Translations under genes and position numbers: made by a program
NCBI RefSeq assembly: GCF_006345805.1
Contig: NC_043017.1
Coordinates: 1,550,001 to 1,614,000 of the forward strand
Direction: 5' to 3'
Source of the DNA: Octopus sinensis
Taxonomy: Eukaryota
Length of the DNA: 64,000 nucleotides
Shown here: positions 1 through 12,354 of the stretch, one piece after another
How positions within the stretch are numbered: the first letter of the stretch is position 1
How the letters are laid out: every line of letters starts with the position of its first letter
The notes under the pieces: generated by a model
Seen by the model: only the letters and a program-made list of their open reading frames with translations
Databases searched by the model: none
Told to the model about the DNA's origin: nothing

Positions 1-49
1 AGTGGGAGCATACCCTTTCGGCTTCTTATCGCTTCTGAAGATTGTTGAA

Positions 50-82
<33 letters not shown>

Positions 83-170
83 ATATATAAATAGGGAAAG
101 TGAGAGTAAGAGATAGAATAGTTGATAGATATATATATATATATAATATATATATTTACTAAGCCCTAAT

Positions 171-221
<51 letters not shown>

Positions 222-618
222 ATATATATATCAGTAGACGGATAGATAGCTACATACATTAATAAATAAGTAGAGAGGTGGATAGCAAAAAGGAGAAAGA
301 AAGAAATATAGATAGATAGATAGTTCTCCTGATTTAGAACAGGTGTTCGTAGGAATTCCTCGCACGCAAGATAGCAGGTGCGTGCAAGTGTACTTGGTTT
401 CTACTGTCTTCTTGGAATATGGCTAGACGTTAACTGTCACAGGAAACAGAATGTCATTACTAGGAAACAATGACGGGCGTCTAACATCTGGTCGCGTAGT
501 AGGAATAGAGAAAAAAACACAGACATAACCATACACACGATTGCTCATAATGATGCGTATATATATATATATATATACATAAATAAACGGAGAGACATTT
601 ATATATATATTTATATAG

Positions 619-650
<32 letters not shown>

Positions 651-764
651 AAGAGAGAGAGAGAGAGAGAGATCTACGTGGAAATGGATGCGTGGCGTTC
701 AATCATATAATAATAAAATATGATTGAGTGATCGTGGGCGTGTCTAAGAGGGATATTATGAACA

Positions 765-980
765 AAAATAAACTTCAGAATAGTTGCCTGAGGGGACATC
801 ATTAAGCATTTGAGTCTCCCCAGAAAGGGCATCATTGAATACAACAACCTGACTTCTGTCTTTAAGAAAGTCAGACAGCCACTCTCCCAGTTTACCAGTA
901 ATGCCAAGGTCTCGTAGCTTATGATATATCAAGCCATAATCTGCCTTCTCAAATGCCTTTCCAAAATGAAGGTGTATCAT
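765..980 (-). mobile_element. CR1/Jockey-group LINE reverse transcriptase fragment, decayed
   Basis: Translates HFGKAFEKADYGLIYHKLRDLGITGKLGEWLSDFLKDRSQVVVFND...DV, then after a frameshift PQATILKFIF. Matches the DFxKAFDKV..L..KL..GI.G.L..W...FL..R.Q.V and VPQGxxLGPxLF motifs of non-LTR RTs. Confidence 0.85.
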
Positions 981-1105
981 GCTGACGCAACGATCATATG
1001 TATATATATATATATATTTCTGGGATGAATATTTCGTGACATTAAATTAAGACAATGCTCCAGCATGGCTGCACTACTACAGCTGGAACCATTAAAGGAA
1101 TAAAA

Positions 1106-1183
<78 letters not shown>

Positions 1184-1200
1184 AATATATATATATGTGT

Positions 1201-1239
<39 letters not shown>

Positions 1240-2594
1240 TCCCACACCCGTATGCATTCCAAACGATCCTATTCTGTGTTCTCTGTTGTTACTTCTTTGA
1301 CGCGCTTTCCTACCTTGCCTCTCTATACTTATATTTATTGGAAGATCGTGTTGTATTTATCGTGGAGCTCTTTCATGATGGTTCCTCTTAATGTACCGAT
1401 AAAGGGCAATAAATATTATGTCTATAGCTCAAAAGCTATTCCTCTGTGATTTCCCGAAATGTTAAAGCAGAATCGTAGAACTTGAAATAACCCTTGTCTA
1501 ATCGGCACTTTGTTGTGCTTTATGGACTTAGATTCAATAAGTGCTATACTTCTGACTCGCGCAAAATAAAAATCGTCTCATATATATATATATATATTAT
1601 ATATATATACATATATATACGTATATATATGCATATATATATGTGTGTGTACATATATACATATATATATATACATACATACATGCATTTATACATATAC
1701 ATATATATTCATACATATATATATATATACGTATATATCTAGATATATGCATACATACACACACACACACACAAATATATATATATGTAGAAATTTATAT
1801 ATATATATACATATATGCATCGATATGAATATATGATTTCACGTGTATGCAGATATTGAGTTATATGTATTTGTACGCGTGTATCTATCTATCTATATAT
1901 GTGTGTGTGTGTGTGTGCGTGAGAGTATAAGTGCATGTGTATAAAGAGAGAGAGAGATAGATAGAAAGAGAGGGAGGGATAGAAAGGGAGAGAGAAAGGT
2001 AGGGAGAACAGAGGGAGTGTTACATAGCGAGATAATAGAACATCAAAGGGTATATATTTCAAAGTTGGTAAAAGACACTAAAAGTCGATTTACTTTGTTT
2101 TGTTAAAATATATATATATAAAAAAAAAAGTTTTGAAATATTGATTATTTATAATCATATATTTTTAAAATATCGAAAAGCCAATAAATAAAGCAGTCGG
2201 AGAAAAGTTTTACTTTCATAATTTAACTGAACACACTTCAAGACCGTGACACACCTCTCACCTCAAAACTGCACTTAAGAAAACTGGAAGGTTTCAGATA
2301 TTTACGTACGATAGATCATCGTCGCTTACTTAAGTTTCGAAACTGTTTCATATCCACCCGAAAATTTGTCTTTTCTCTCTATATATATTAGAACTCAGTG
2401 TAAAACACGACGAAACGCATTGCCAACTTGGTGAAATATAGCAGCATTTCGGTGAGTGAATGAGACACGTGAAACGGTCGTAACTAAACAGGAAACAAGA
2501 CTTGCAATAGATATTGAAATCATAAATATTTGAATTGCTCACATACACGCCACCAACATACACATATGCATAGATAATTACACACCACAAGTGT

Positions 2595-2647
<53 letters not shown>

Positions 2648-2680
2648 GTGTATACATACATACATATATATGTGTGTAAT

Positions 2681-2894
2681 TCTCTTACTACTTTCAGTCA
2701 TTTGACTGCGGCCATACTGATCACCGCCTTTAATCGAACAGATCGAGTCCAGGACTTATTCTCTTGTAAGACTAGTACTTATTCTCTCTGTCTATTTTGT
2801 CGAACCTCTGGGTTACGGGGGCATAACACGCCAACATCGGTTGTCAAGAGATGGTGGGGGGAACAAATACAGACAAACGCACAAATACATGCAT

Positions 2895-2930
<36 letters not shown>

Positions 2931-3058
2931 CGACGGCCCTCTTTCAGTGTTCGTCTACCGAATCTCCTCCCAAGGCTTTGGTCTTCTCGAAACTATTGTA
3001 TGCCCCTTTCAGTGGGGCTGAACCCGGGACTATGTGATTGGGAAGCAAGCCTGCCCCT
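2681..3058 (-). mobile_element. tRNA-derived SINE family B (CORE-like), near full length with internal (TA)n
   Basis: Reverse complement gives the head (GGGTTCAGCCCC B-box-like), GTAGACGAACACTGAAAGAGGGCCGTCG, (TA)n at ~2891-2930, and the tail ATGGCCGCAGTCAAATGACTGAAAG. Homologous to 18448, 32380 and 43822. Confidence 0.85.
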
Positions 3059-3829
3059 GCGTAGTGTTAGCTGGCAATCAGTTAATGAGGCGGAGATAAT
3101 CATTTGTAACAAATATTTGTCGGGATTAAAAGACTTAATCTGAAATCAGGGGTGGGGAGATGCATAAGTAGCTGTCTTTTAATTATTTAAGTAATTTACT
3201 TTTAGCGACGGTCTTAAAATTCCGAACCATAGCTAATCATGTACACCACGATTTAATTCTTATTAGAAATCTTCAGCCTGTTAGATACTGAGCTATAAAA
3301 ATACACTAAATTAAACCTTTCACATAATAATGCCTACATACATACATGCATACATACGTGCGTACGTACATACATACATACGTGCGTACGTACATACATA
3401 CATGCATACATGCTTTCATTTATATGAGCGAATAAACAAAGCAACAAGAAAGCAGAATGTGCCGTGTGCATATACGCCTCATTGCTGTCACATGTTCCCA
3501 TTTTGTAGTAGAATTTTCGGTGCTGAGCAAATGGAAGGTTTCATCACCTTAAGCATTTTCCCTTCTGCACATCACATACAGTACCATGTGCAATAAAACC
3601 TAATACGAGTTCAGGGAATGTTCAGGCTTCTTGGAGGTTCTGCTCGAAACTCATTCCTCTATGTCGTTGAACTTCAATAACATTCTCAATACTGATATTT
3701 TAATGGTCTTTTACAGTCTTTCAACTACGACCATACCTCTGCGACAATGTCTAAGTTTCTCATAATGGAATCATGAAGACATAAGGAAGCTTCCATTTAA
3801 TTACCAATTGCTTTCGTTTTTTTCTTTGT

Positions 3830-4020
3830 TTTCTCTAGGTTTTTTAGTAAATCACTTCTGATTGCAAACCCAGCACTACGTATCCTTTTCCGCCATTTCA
3901 GTTCCTAGCCCAAAGATAATGTGAAACCTTCTGCTTTTTGGACAAGATGATCTTCCTTATTGAGACACCTTAGTTCCTTTCTTAAAAAGTACTGTTCTTC
4001 TTGCCGGCATGTTGCTCGAT
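3830..4020 (-). mobile_element. RTE/BovB-like LINE apurinic endonuclease fragment, decayed
   Basis: SSNMPARRTVLF, frameshift, then ELRCLNKEDHLVQKAEGFTLSLG*ELKWRKRIRSAGFAIRSDLLKNLEK. Resembles the RTE-clade pattern RPERRTAL..REL...GYTF.W.G....GVGFAI. Confidence 0.65.
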
Positions 4021-4201
4021 CTGAGAGAGTTAAATTGAACCATTGTTAGCCGCCATAAACAAACCACCAAAGAAAAAAGAGGCAATTTTTAGTGCACCTT
4101 TTCTTGCACCTTCCCGGTAAACACATAGAGATACATACATTCATATCTGTCTATATATCTATCTCATTCTCTCCCTATTTCTCTATATATTCAGCATATA
4201 T

Positions 4202-4244
<43 letters not shown>

Positions 4245-4250
<6 letters not shown>

Positions 4251-4275
4251 TATACATGTATACCAACATATATAC

Positions 4276-4312
<37 letters not shown>

Positions 4313-4331
4313 CACATTAATACATGTATAC

Positions 4332-4377
<46 letters not shown>

Positions 4378-4401
4378 CACATTATACATGTATACCAACA
4401 T
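4245..4401. repeat. Compound minisatellite: three ~25-bp cores separated by (TA)n
   Basis: ACACATTATACATGTATACCAACAT at 4245, 4312 (one extra A) and 4377. Confidence 0.9.
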
Positions 4402-4446
4402 ATATATATATATATATATATATACGCATATATATATATATATATA

Positions 4447-4483
<37 letters not shown>

Positions 4484-5180
4484 GTATGTGTGTGTGTGTG
4501 TATGTATATATGTATGTATGTATATACAAACATGCATACATACATGTGCATACACACATACATATATACATACACATGTTTGTGTGTCTTTCTATTATGC
4601 CTATGTATTTTGGCGAGTTCTTGTATACACCAATTTCTTTTGTGACTTATCTTATTCCTTGAATCTGTGAAAATATTTGGCTCTGCTTTGAAACGATGTT
4701 TGGAATGTTTTAATTAGTTTCGTGATATTCAATTGATTTGGTTGACGAAAATGGAAAAAAATGTTATTTACCTTAAAATCTCAGGCAATACAAATCGCAC
4801 GTTTTTTACTTAAGTGTCGACGTTTTCCAATCTCTTAAAAATCAATAGTTTCCATCTAGCTAATGAGTTAGCTTCTATGTGGACTATCAATTTGCTAAAA
4901 ATAATAGCCATACAGTAACTATGTAACGTATTTATATCTTAAATAATAGGAAGGGTGCATAAAATTTTGTGGTACCAGGTTTGCTATTTGTAAACAACCA
5001 ATAGGATATTCTTGGCTATATTATGTTAAATTATAAGTTTTGAGGTCTGACCCGGCGCCATATAGTTTTTAATATTTATTTCCCTGCAGATGTAAAATCT
5101 TTTTCTATCAAATCGTGTGTTTCATCCAACCAAATATCAGACTCTATAGGATCAATAGACTTAAAAGAATAAATATATAC

Positions 5181-5407
5181 GCCCTTTTAAATCTTAGCCA
5201 GGCTCATGGGCCCGGATTCCCAGTTTCTATGGCATATGTCTTCCCCAGCTGGACGGAAGGCCAGTCCATAGCAGCGTTACTCCTTTTTGCCAGCTGAGGG
5301 GACTGGAGCAACGTAAAATGAAGTGTTTTGCTCGAGAACACAACGCCTCGCCCGGTCCAGGAATCGAAACCACAATCTTACGATGCTGACACCCTAACCA
5401 CTAAGTC
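5181..5407 (-). mobile_element. tRNA-derived SINE family D
   Basis: Minus strand has A-box-like GACTTAGTGGTTAGGG, B-box-like GGTTTCGATTCC, then TTCTCGAGCAAAACACTTC. Head homologous to 19545-19660. Confidence 0.75.
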
Positions 5408-5935
5408 TTACAAGATTAAAAATTGCATGCAAATCTCCTTCTTGTTTTATGATGCTCCCTATAAAATCAGAAAAGCACAACACGTACAATATATTCTTAA
5501 ATATAAAGGTTCTAAATAATAAATATATGTTTAACGATTACTACAATATCTTTAGTCATGGGTTAAATAAGTCAGAGATGAACCTAGGATGAAACAACAA
5601 TAGCATAATATCTAATTTTTGCTATATTCCATTGAACTAAAAGAACAAATTCAGGTGTTAGAAATAATAGTCAAATCATATTTAAGTATCGGCATACCTG
5701 TTAAAGAATGGATAAGAGATGTTTCTGGCTATTTGTTAATATAGATTGGAATCTTTATACTTGGAAATGAATTAAACATAGCCCTACTAGATTAGGACTG
5801 GACCTGGATGATTAAGCGATTAATGTTGGCAAACCTAAATCCCTCATCACGTGACGAAAAATATACAGGTGTTTAGTCAGTGACTTTTTTGAACAAACTG
5901 TGATATACAACATTTTGGAGAAAAATTACTTCATG

Positions 5936-6106
5936 CTCTTTTACTCTTTTACTTGTTTCAGTCATCTGACTGCTACCATGCTGGAGCACCGCCTTTAGAC
6001 GAGCAAATCGACCCCAGGACTTATTCTCTGTAAGCCTAATACTTAGTCTATTGGTTTCTTTTGCCGAGCCGCTAGCTTACTGGCACGTAAACACACCAGC
6101 CTTCGT
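5936..6106 (-). mobile_element. SINE family B 3' half, ending in (TATG)n
   Basis: TTTACTCTTTTACTTGTTTCAGTCATCTGACTGCTACCATGCTGGAGCACCGCC matches the tails of the other copies. Confidence 0.85.
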
Positions 6107-6127
6107 TCGTGTATGTATGTATGCATG

Positions 6128-6161
<34 letters not shown>

Positions 6162-6899
6162 TGTATGTATGTATGATCCACGTATGTGTGTGTGTGTATG
6201 TATGTATGTATGCATGCGTTTGTGTGTGTGTGTATGTATGTATGTATCTATGTATGTATGTATGTGTGTATGTATGCAAATGCCAGTCCCATTGTGCTTA
6301 TTAGTATTACTAAATTGGAACAAAGTGTCATATACAGGGGGTGAATGCGTCAGTTTCTGTTTGATTACGTTCAGTCATTTCTCGAATATATTTAATTGAC
6401 TTACACAACGCTCTTTTCCTAACCGAGAATTGAAACCGTGTAGCAGATATTTAACTCCTGTTTCTGTATTCGTCACTGGGTTATCCATTTACACACAAAC
6501 ACACACACACACATATACACAATATAAATATATACACATACATACATGTATATGTATATATACATACACACACACACACACAACACACATACACACACGT
6601 ATATATATAGATAGATAGATGGAAATATAATAGTGTTAGTACGTTAATGTGTGTGTGTCTGTCTGAATGTGCATAAGTATGGATTTGTGTATATATCTTT
6701 GTATGTACGTAATTATTTGCAGCATTAATTAATGGTGTGAAAATTGCAAATCTTCATTAAATTCGCTGTTTGATTTACTTTCACATGATGATTGGACAGA
6801 AGCGTAAAAAATAATATATCTCAACTATATACATACATACACCAAAACACGAACCCACACCCATACCCACATATAAATAAATGAATCTGTATATATCTA

Positions 6900-6931
<32 letters not shown>

Positions 6932-7212
6932 CTATATACTATATACATGCATACATATACACATATATACATATATATAGATATAGATATTTATATATAT
7001 ATATATATATATAATATATATTATATGTGTGTATATATATATTTACTATATATATGATACATATAATATGTATACCTGGTATATGGTATATGTATACCTC
7101 TGTAATATATATATATATATTTATATATAATATATATATATTATATATATGTATATATACATAAACATATATATCTATATATATATATATATATGTATAC
7201 ATACATACATAT

Positions 7213-7244
<32 letters not shown>

Positions 7245-7569
7245 CGTGTATACATGTATGCATATAGTATACATATATATATGTATGTATACCTCTGTGT
7301 GTGTACCTAAGCTGGGGATTGTGTTAGTGCTCCGTCCTTTAAACGCAATGGAACGTTATTATATACCAACATCGAAATAGGTAGCTATCCACAATCTAGA
7401 AATGTATGATTAAACAAATCGACTTCAAATAAGCATTGTGTTTTTTTTTTTTGTTTTTTTTTGCTATTTTACTGTATTTATATTATATGTTGTTCTCTTT
7501 CGTTATTTTTCCTTTTTATGTTTTATTTTACCTTCTTTTGTATTGCTTTATTATTTTATTGTTTCTTGC

Positions 7570-7602
<33 letters not shown>

Positions 7603-7784
7603 CGGTCATAAATGTCTATACTTGCGTGTGTTTGTGTTTTTGTATATTTTCCCTTCCTTAAGAGTGCTATAGCTGGATCATTAACCATGACAAGAAATGT
7701 AAAACAAAAACAAAACAAATTAACCAAAAAAAAAACAAAAACGTTTCAAAGATCCGTTTGATTCAGTTCAAAGCATCTGTAAAA

Positions 7785-7815
7785 ATAATAATAATGATAA
7801 TAATAATAATAATAA

Positions 7816-7856
<41 letters not shown>
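7785..7856. repeat. (TAA)n microsatellite
   Basis: Direct reading. Confidence 0.95.
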
Positions 7857-7858
<2 letters not shown>

Positions 7859-8103
7859 TTAATAACAGTATAAACATCTAGAAAAATATCTCATTAACTT
7901 GTGATGAATGGATAGAAAGCACTACCTTCGGATTATTGTGCTTGTTGTTTCACTTGTTGTTGAAATATTTACAGAGAGGACGTTCCTGGGGCGGTGAAGA
8001 TGGAGAAGGAAAAACTGCGGAACAGGCAATTAATAATTGTTGGAAAGCGGGTTTGGCACAGACATCTGAGATCATTTCATTGGCGTTGCATATATTTTGA
8101 TTT

Positions 8104-8325
8104 CTTTAATCTTTCACTTGTTGCAGTCATTGGACGCCGGCCATGATGCAGCACTGTCGTAAATGGTTAGTCGAACGAATCGAATGCAGTACTTAATCTT
8201 TTAACCGTGGTACTTATTCTATCTGTTTTTCTCCTTGCACAACGGCTAGATATACGGGGAAGTAAAGCAGCCAACACCGGTTGTCAAGCGGTGGTGGTGG
8301 ACAAACACAAATTCTGAGACACAAA
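8104..8325 (-). mobile_element. SINE family B 3' half, diverged
   Basis: GCCATGATGCAGCAC...GTACTTATTCTATC...ACACCGGTTGTCAAGCGGTGGTGG motifs shared with 2681 and 5936. Confidence 0.75.
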
Positions 8326-8612
8326 CTCGCACAAATTCGCACTCATGCACGCGCTCAAAAGTACATACATCAGTCGAGTTGGTTGTTTGCTCTTCTGGAT
8401 TTCACCTTTCGGAGTACCTGAGTACCTGAGCACAGAAATCTGCATCTTCTCTAGATGTACCCGAGTGTTCTAAGAGATAGCAGTGATAATAACATAAAAT
8501 GCAATTATCACTCCTGTATTAATGGGTACCCATTCTTCCGACTATTAATACTGAAAGAACATACATACATACATACATATATACATACATACATATATAT
8601 ATATGTATGTAA

Positions 8613-8840
8613 GGCGGCGAGCTGGCAGAAACGTTAGCGCGCCGGGCGAAATGCTTAGTGGCATTTCGTCTGTTGTTACTTTCTGAGTTCAAATTCCACC
8701 GAGGTCGACTTTGCCTTTCATCCTTTCGGTCGATAAATAAAGTACCAGTTTCGCACTGGGGTCGATGTAATCGACTTAATCTCTTTGTCTGTCCTTGTTT
8801 GTCCCCTCTATGTTTAGCCCTTTTTGGGTAGTAAAGAAAT
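8613..8840 (+). mobile_element. tRNA-derived SINE family A (Meta/MESC-like core), full length
   Basis: Head GGCGGCGAGCTGGCAGAAACGTTAGC, B-box-like GAGTTCAAATTCC, core GCCTTTCATCCTTTCGGTCGATAAATAAAGTACC, tail ending AAAGAAATA. About ten relatives in the window. Core name is from memory. Confidence 0.85.
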
Positions 8841-9078
8841 ATATATATGTTCGTGTGTGTAGAGAGAGAGTGAGAGAGAGAGAGAGAGAGAGAAAGAAAG
8901 AGAGAGGGGAGGGAGCGATCAAATAAGAAGTATAAATAATGGATTTTACATATTCCTTTTTGTGCAATTATCACTTACAGTTATTCTGATATATTAATAT
9001 GTGCAATCACGGTTCTACTTACTCAATCAATCTGTTGGTCGACTAAAAGAATTGAAGTAAACGCCGTCGTTATATATA

Positions 9079-9158
<80 letters not shown>

Positions 9159-9162
<4 letters not shown>

Positions 9163-9345
9163 ACTGTAAATGCTGAGTAGATGAAACAGGGACAACTGAA
9201 GAAGTGTGGACTATTCTTTATGTTGCATGTCTCGTTTCTCTGGTTTTTTTCGTCGTTCGAAAAAAAGTTCGTTTCTCGGTTTTCCTTTTTATGTTTACGT
9301 TTCTCATTGTGTTCAACGTTTTTTTGGCCCTGTAGCCATATATGT
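9159..9345. repeat. Short non-coding interspersed repeat between microsatellites (unclassified)
   Basis: Complex sequence flanked by (TG)n and (TA)n like the other terminal-type repeats here. No hammerhead core found. Confidence 0.3.
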
Positions 9346-9690
9346 ATGTACGTATTATACATATATAGTAGGTATGTGCATATGTATATATATATGCATA
9401 TATATATATATATATAGATATATATATATATATATATTATACATATATATATATATTCATATATATATATATATATAGGCAGATAGATAGGTAGATGGAT
9501 GCTACCATATATATATATATAATACACACACACACACACACACATATAATATATATTATATATATATAATATAATACATACATACATATATATATATCGA
9601 TATTAATAATACAGTAATTGTTTCTTGTCAGGAACAAAAAGATTAATAGAACTGCTATAGAAGTGCTCTATTGGAAGAGACAAAAATATC

Positions 9691-10250
9691 AAACTAAAAT
9701 CATTAAACAAACAAATGCAAGGTCATCCGCATATCATTTCATAATTCGAACATTTAATTATAGAATAAACATGTAACCCACAAGATGGAACAAAATTCAT
9801 CTGCATAGCACATAATAATAATAATAATAATAAGGTGCGAGAAAAATTCTTATCATTAAAAATTTAGATTTAATATTTTAGCGATTCAGAAAAAATACAT
9901 TTATAAAAAGACGTAGAAAGTAAAAATATAATATAAGTAATATATAAAAAATATATATAATATATATCATGTAAATAAAGTAAAATAAGGTTCATCGTTT
10001 AGAAATCTTATTAAATAAATAATTCAGGTAAAATAAGCCTTATAGTTAAGAAAGAAATCATGTTTACTTATCCCTATGGCCATTTCAGGGGTGTATTATT
10101 ATTATTATATTTATTATTATTATTATTATGTGCTATACAGATGAATTTTGTTCCATCTTGCGGGTTACATGTTTATTCTATAATTAAATGTTCGAATTAT
10201 GAAATGATATGCTGATGACCTTGCATTTGTTTGTTCAATAATTTTAGTTT
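9691..10250. repeat. Long inverted repeat, ~140-bp arms and ~280-bp spacer
   Basis: 9691-9833 is the reverse complement of ~10111-10250, with about five substitutions by eye. Confidence 0.92.
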
Positions 10251-10909
10251 CATACTTATATATATATACATATATATATTATATATCTATATAGAGATAT
10301 ACACACACATATATATATACATATATATACAGTTTTTGCTTGTATCATTTACGTGTTTACTCCGGTACATATATATATATATATACAGAGAGAGAGAGAG
10401 AGAGTTATATATATATATATACATATGTGTGTGTGTGTGTATTTATATATACATATATATATATATATATCGTAGTGTAGATAAGAAGCAGCCTGGGTGA
10501 ACCCATGTCTAAAGCGATATCTCGGAGCGATATATTAAATCGATTTATCACCGATGACAGATAGATTTCGATGACATCTCAATTGCTATGAATTACTTGA
10601 CCTATATCGCAGAAGCAGTAAAGGGGAGAGAATTTGTCAACAGTTCAGTGAATAAAAGAATAACGACTTTCAAAACTTTGCAATTACACATAAGCGTGTG
10701 ACTGTGAGTGTGTTCGTGCGTGTATGTGTGTGTGTGTGTGTGGTGTGTGTGTGTGTGCGTGTGTGTGTGTGTACATACACACAAAGACACGCGCTCACAT
10801 ACATGTTACGTTTGTATTGTAGTACTTGCTTCAGCTTTTCTTTGTTGTTGTAATGTTGGAGGAAGTGGTCATGGCTGGGTAGTATGTTTGTCCATCTTTT
10901 ACTTGTGGT

Positions 10910-11100
10910 TTTCAGCAGATTGCAGACATGCTGGGGCTTCGACCCTGAAAAGTTTATCTGAACGAATCGATTCCAGTAGTATACTTCTTTTAAGCCTGGT
11001 CCTTATCCTGTTGGCATCTTTCCCGAACCGATTTATCATGTAGACGGAAGGAAACCAGAACCGTTTGTTGAGCAGTGACAACTGCAGTCACAAAGACACA
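10910..11100 (-). mobile_element. SINE family B 3' half, strongly diverged
   Basis: CATGCTGGGGC...GAACGAATCGATTCCAG...TAAGCCTGGTCCTTATCC...CCGAACCG motif order is conserved. Confidence 0.6.
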
Positions 11101-12208
11101 TACACACACATGCTCAGACACACACACACACACACACAAACACACACGCACACAACACACACGCACACACACACTCACACACACAAACTCGTTATATAGC
11201 CCTTGGCTTATTCCTTAACCATTTAGCTAATAAACATACTAAACAACCATTATAATACCAAACATTTGTAATATCAAGAAGGGTATATATTGCTGAATAT
11301 ACCCTTCTATTTTTAAAGTCAATAGGGGTAAGATTTTAGGAAAATATAGCTGCCATTTCTAACAAGTCCCTTGACTAGTTAAAGCTCTAAAATTAATTGG
11401 ATTTTTGATAAGTTGTTATTACTGCGAGTGAAGATATACAAATGATGGTAACATACATAATTTCACAATACAATCTGTCATAACCGAAGATAGAGCAGAA
11501 TGTGAGAAAAAATATAACAAAGTCTAGAATCCAAAGAACAACAATATAATACCACACTGTAATAAAATTTAATACAAAACTATAAATAGACTATAACTGA
11601 CAACTGCAAACTCTCCTCATATCTCTGACATAAATCTGATAATATTATACGACAATACAATGATTTATGATACGCATAGCTTTCTGACAACCTGACAAGG
11701 TATTATGATTAACTTTGGTGGGTGTAAACAACGCCGCGGCATGTGCGCTTTCTGTGCTCCGTGTGTAGGATTTGTTTCATTTGTATGTATTTGCTTCAGT
11801 TTGTTTACTTCGTTCATTTTGTAAATATTTTGGATGTGAATTTGTGATGTATAGCGTGGTGACTGACAGGTTCGCTACAAGTCAACCTAGGTTCGTTGCT
11901 CATACAACCGTATGAAGAGGAAGCACATTCGGAAAGCTGCAGCTCTTTAATATATTTTTTCTTATATCTCATTTTTCATTTACAGATGTGCTATATTCCT
12001 TGTTAATCTTCATGTGTACATACATACATACAGAAAGATACTCCGCCCCACCGACACGCATACACACAGACATACCCATATACTCACACAAGCACATATA
12101 TACATTGATGAATATATATACATATAACTAATTGTGCATATTCGCACGTATGTATGTATGTTTGTATGTATGTATGTATGTATGTATGAATGCATGTATG
12201 TATGTGTA

Positions 12209-12335
12209 TATTGGGTCAACCCTTAAGTAATGCAAAGTTTTCAATTGCAGGAAGTAAAAGTCGGAGGGGCACGAGTTAAACTACCTGCATCAACTTGCTG
12301 TAAACGCAGGTAGTAATTTTACCTTATTCTTAGTA
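12209..12335. mobile_element. Possible mariner-derived terminal fragment
   Basis: TA followed by TTGGGTCAACCCTTAAGTAATGC, similar to the TIR at 26531. Internal 9-bp inverted repeat ACTACCTGC (12280) / GCAGGTAGT (12306). Confidence 0.45.
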
Positions 12336-12354
12336 GAAGCAGACGAAATAACTA

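Noticed and set aside
4245-4401. CRISPR-like repeat-spacer look
   Set aside because: Spacers are plain (TA)n, there are only three units, and the context is eukaryotic with no cas genes.
5090-5172. Strong acceptor TTTCCCTGCAG followed by DVKSFSIKSCVSSNQISDSIGSIDLKE*
   Set aside because: No recognisable homology and no donor; a single signal is within chance expectation.
7976-8026. 51-nt purine-rich exon candidate after TTTACAG
   Set aside because: The only fitting donor is a weak GCAATT, and the peptides are not recognisable.
8067-8085. TGAGATCATT, matching the bantam miRNA 5' end
   Set aside because: Match stops after 10 nt and there is no complementary arm.
11277-11308. Perfect 12-bp hairpin AGAAGGGTATAT / ATATACCCTTCT
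   Set aside because: Too short for a pre-miRNA, partly TA-driven, and bacterial-type terminators do not apply here.
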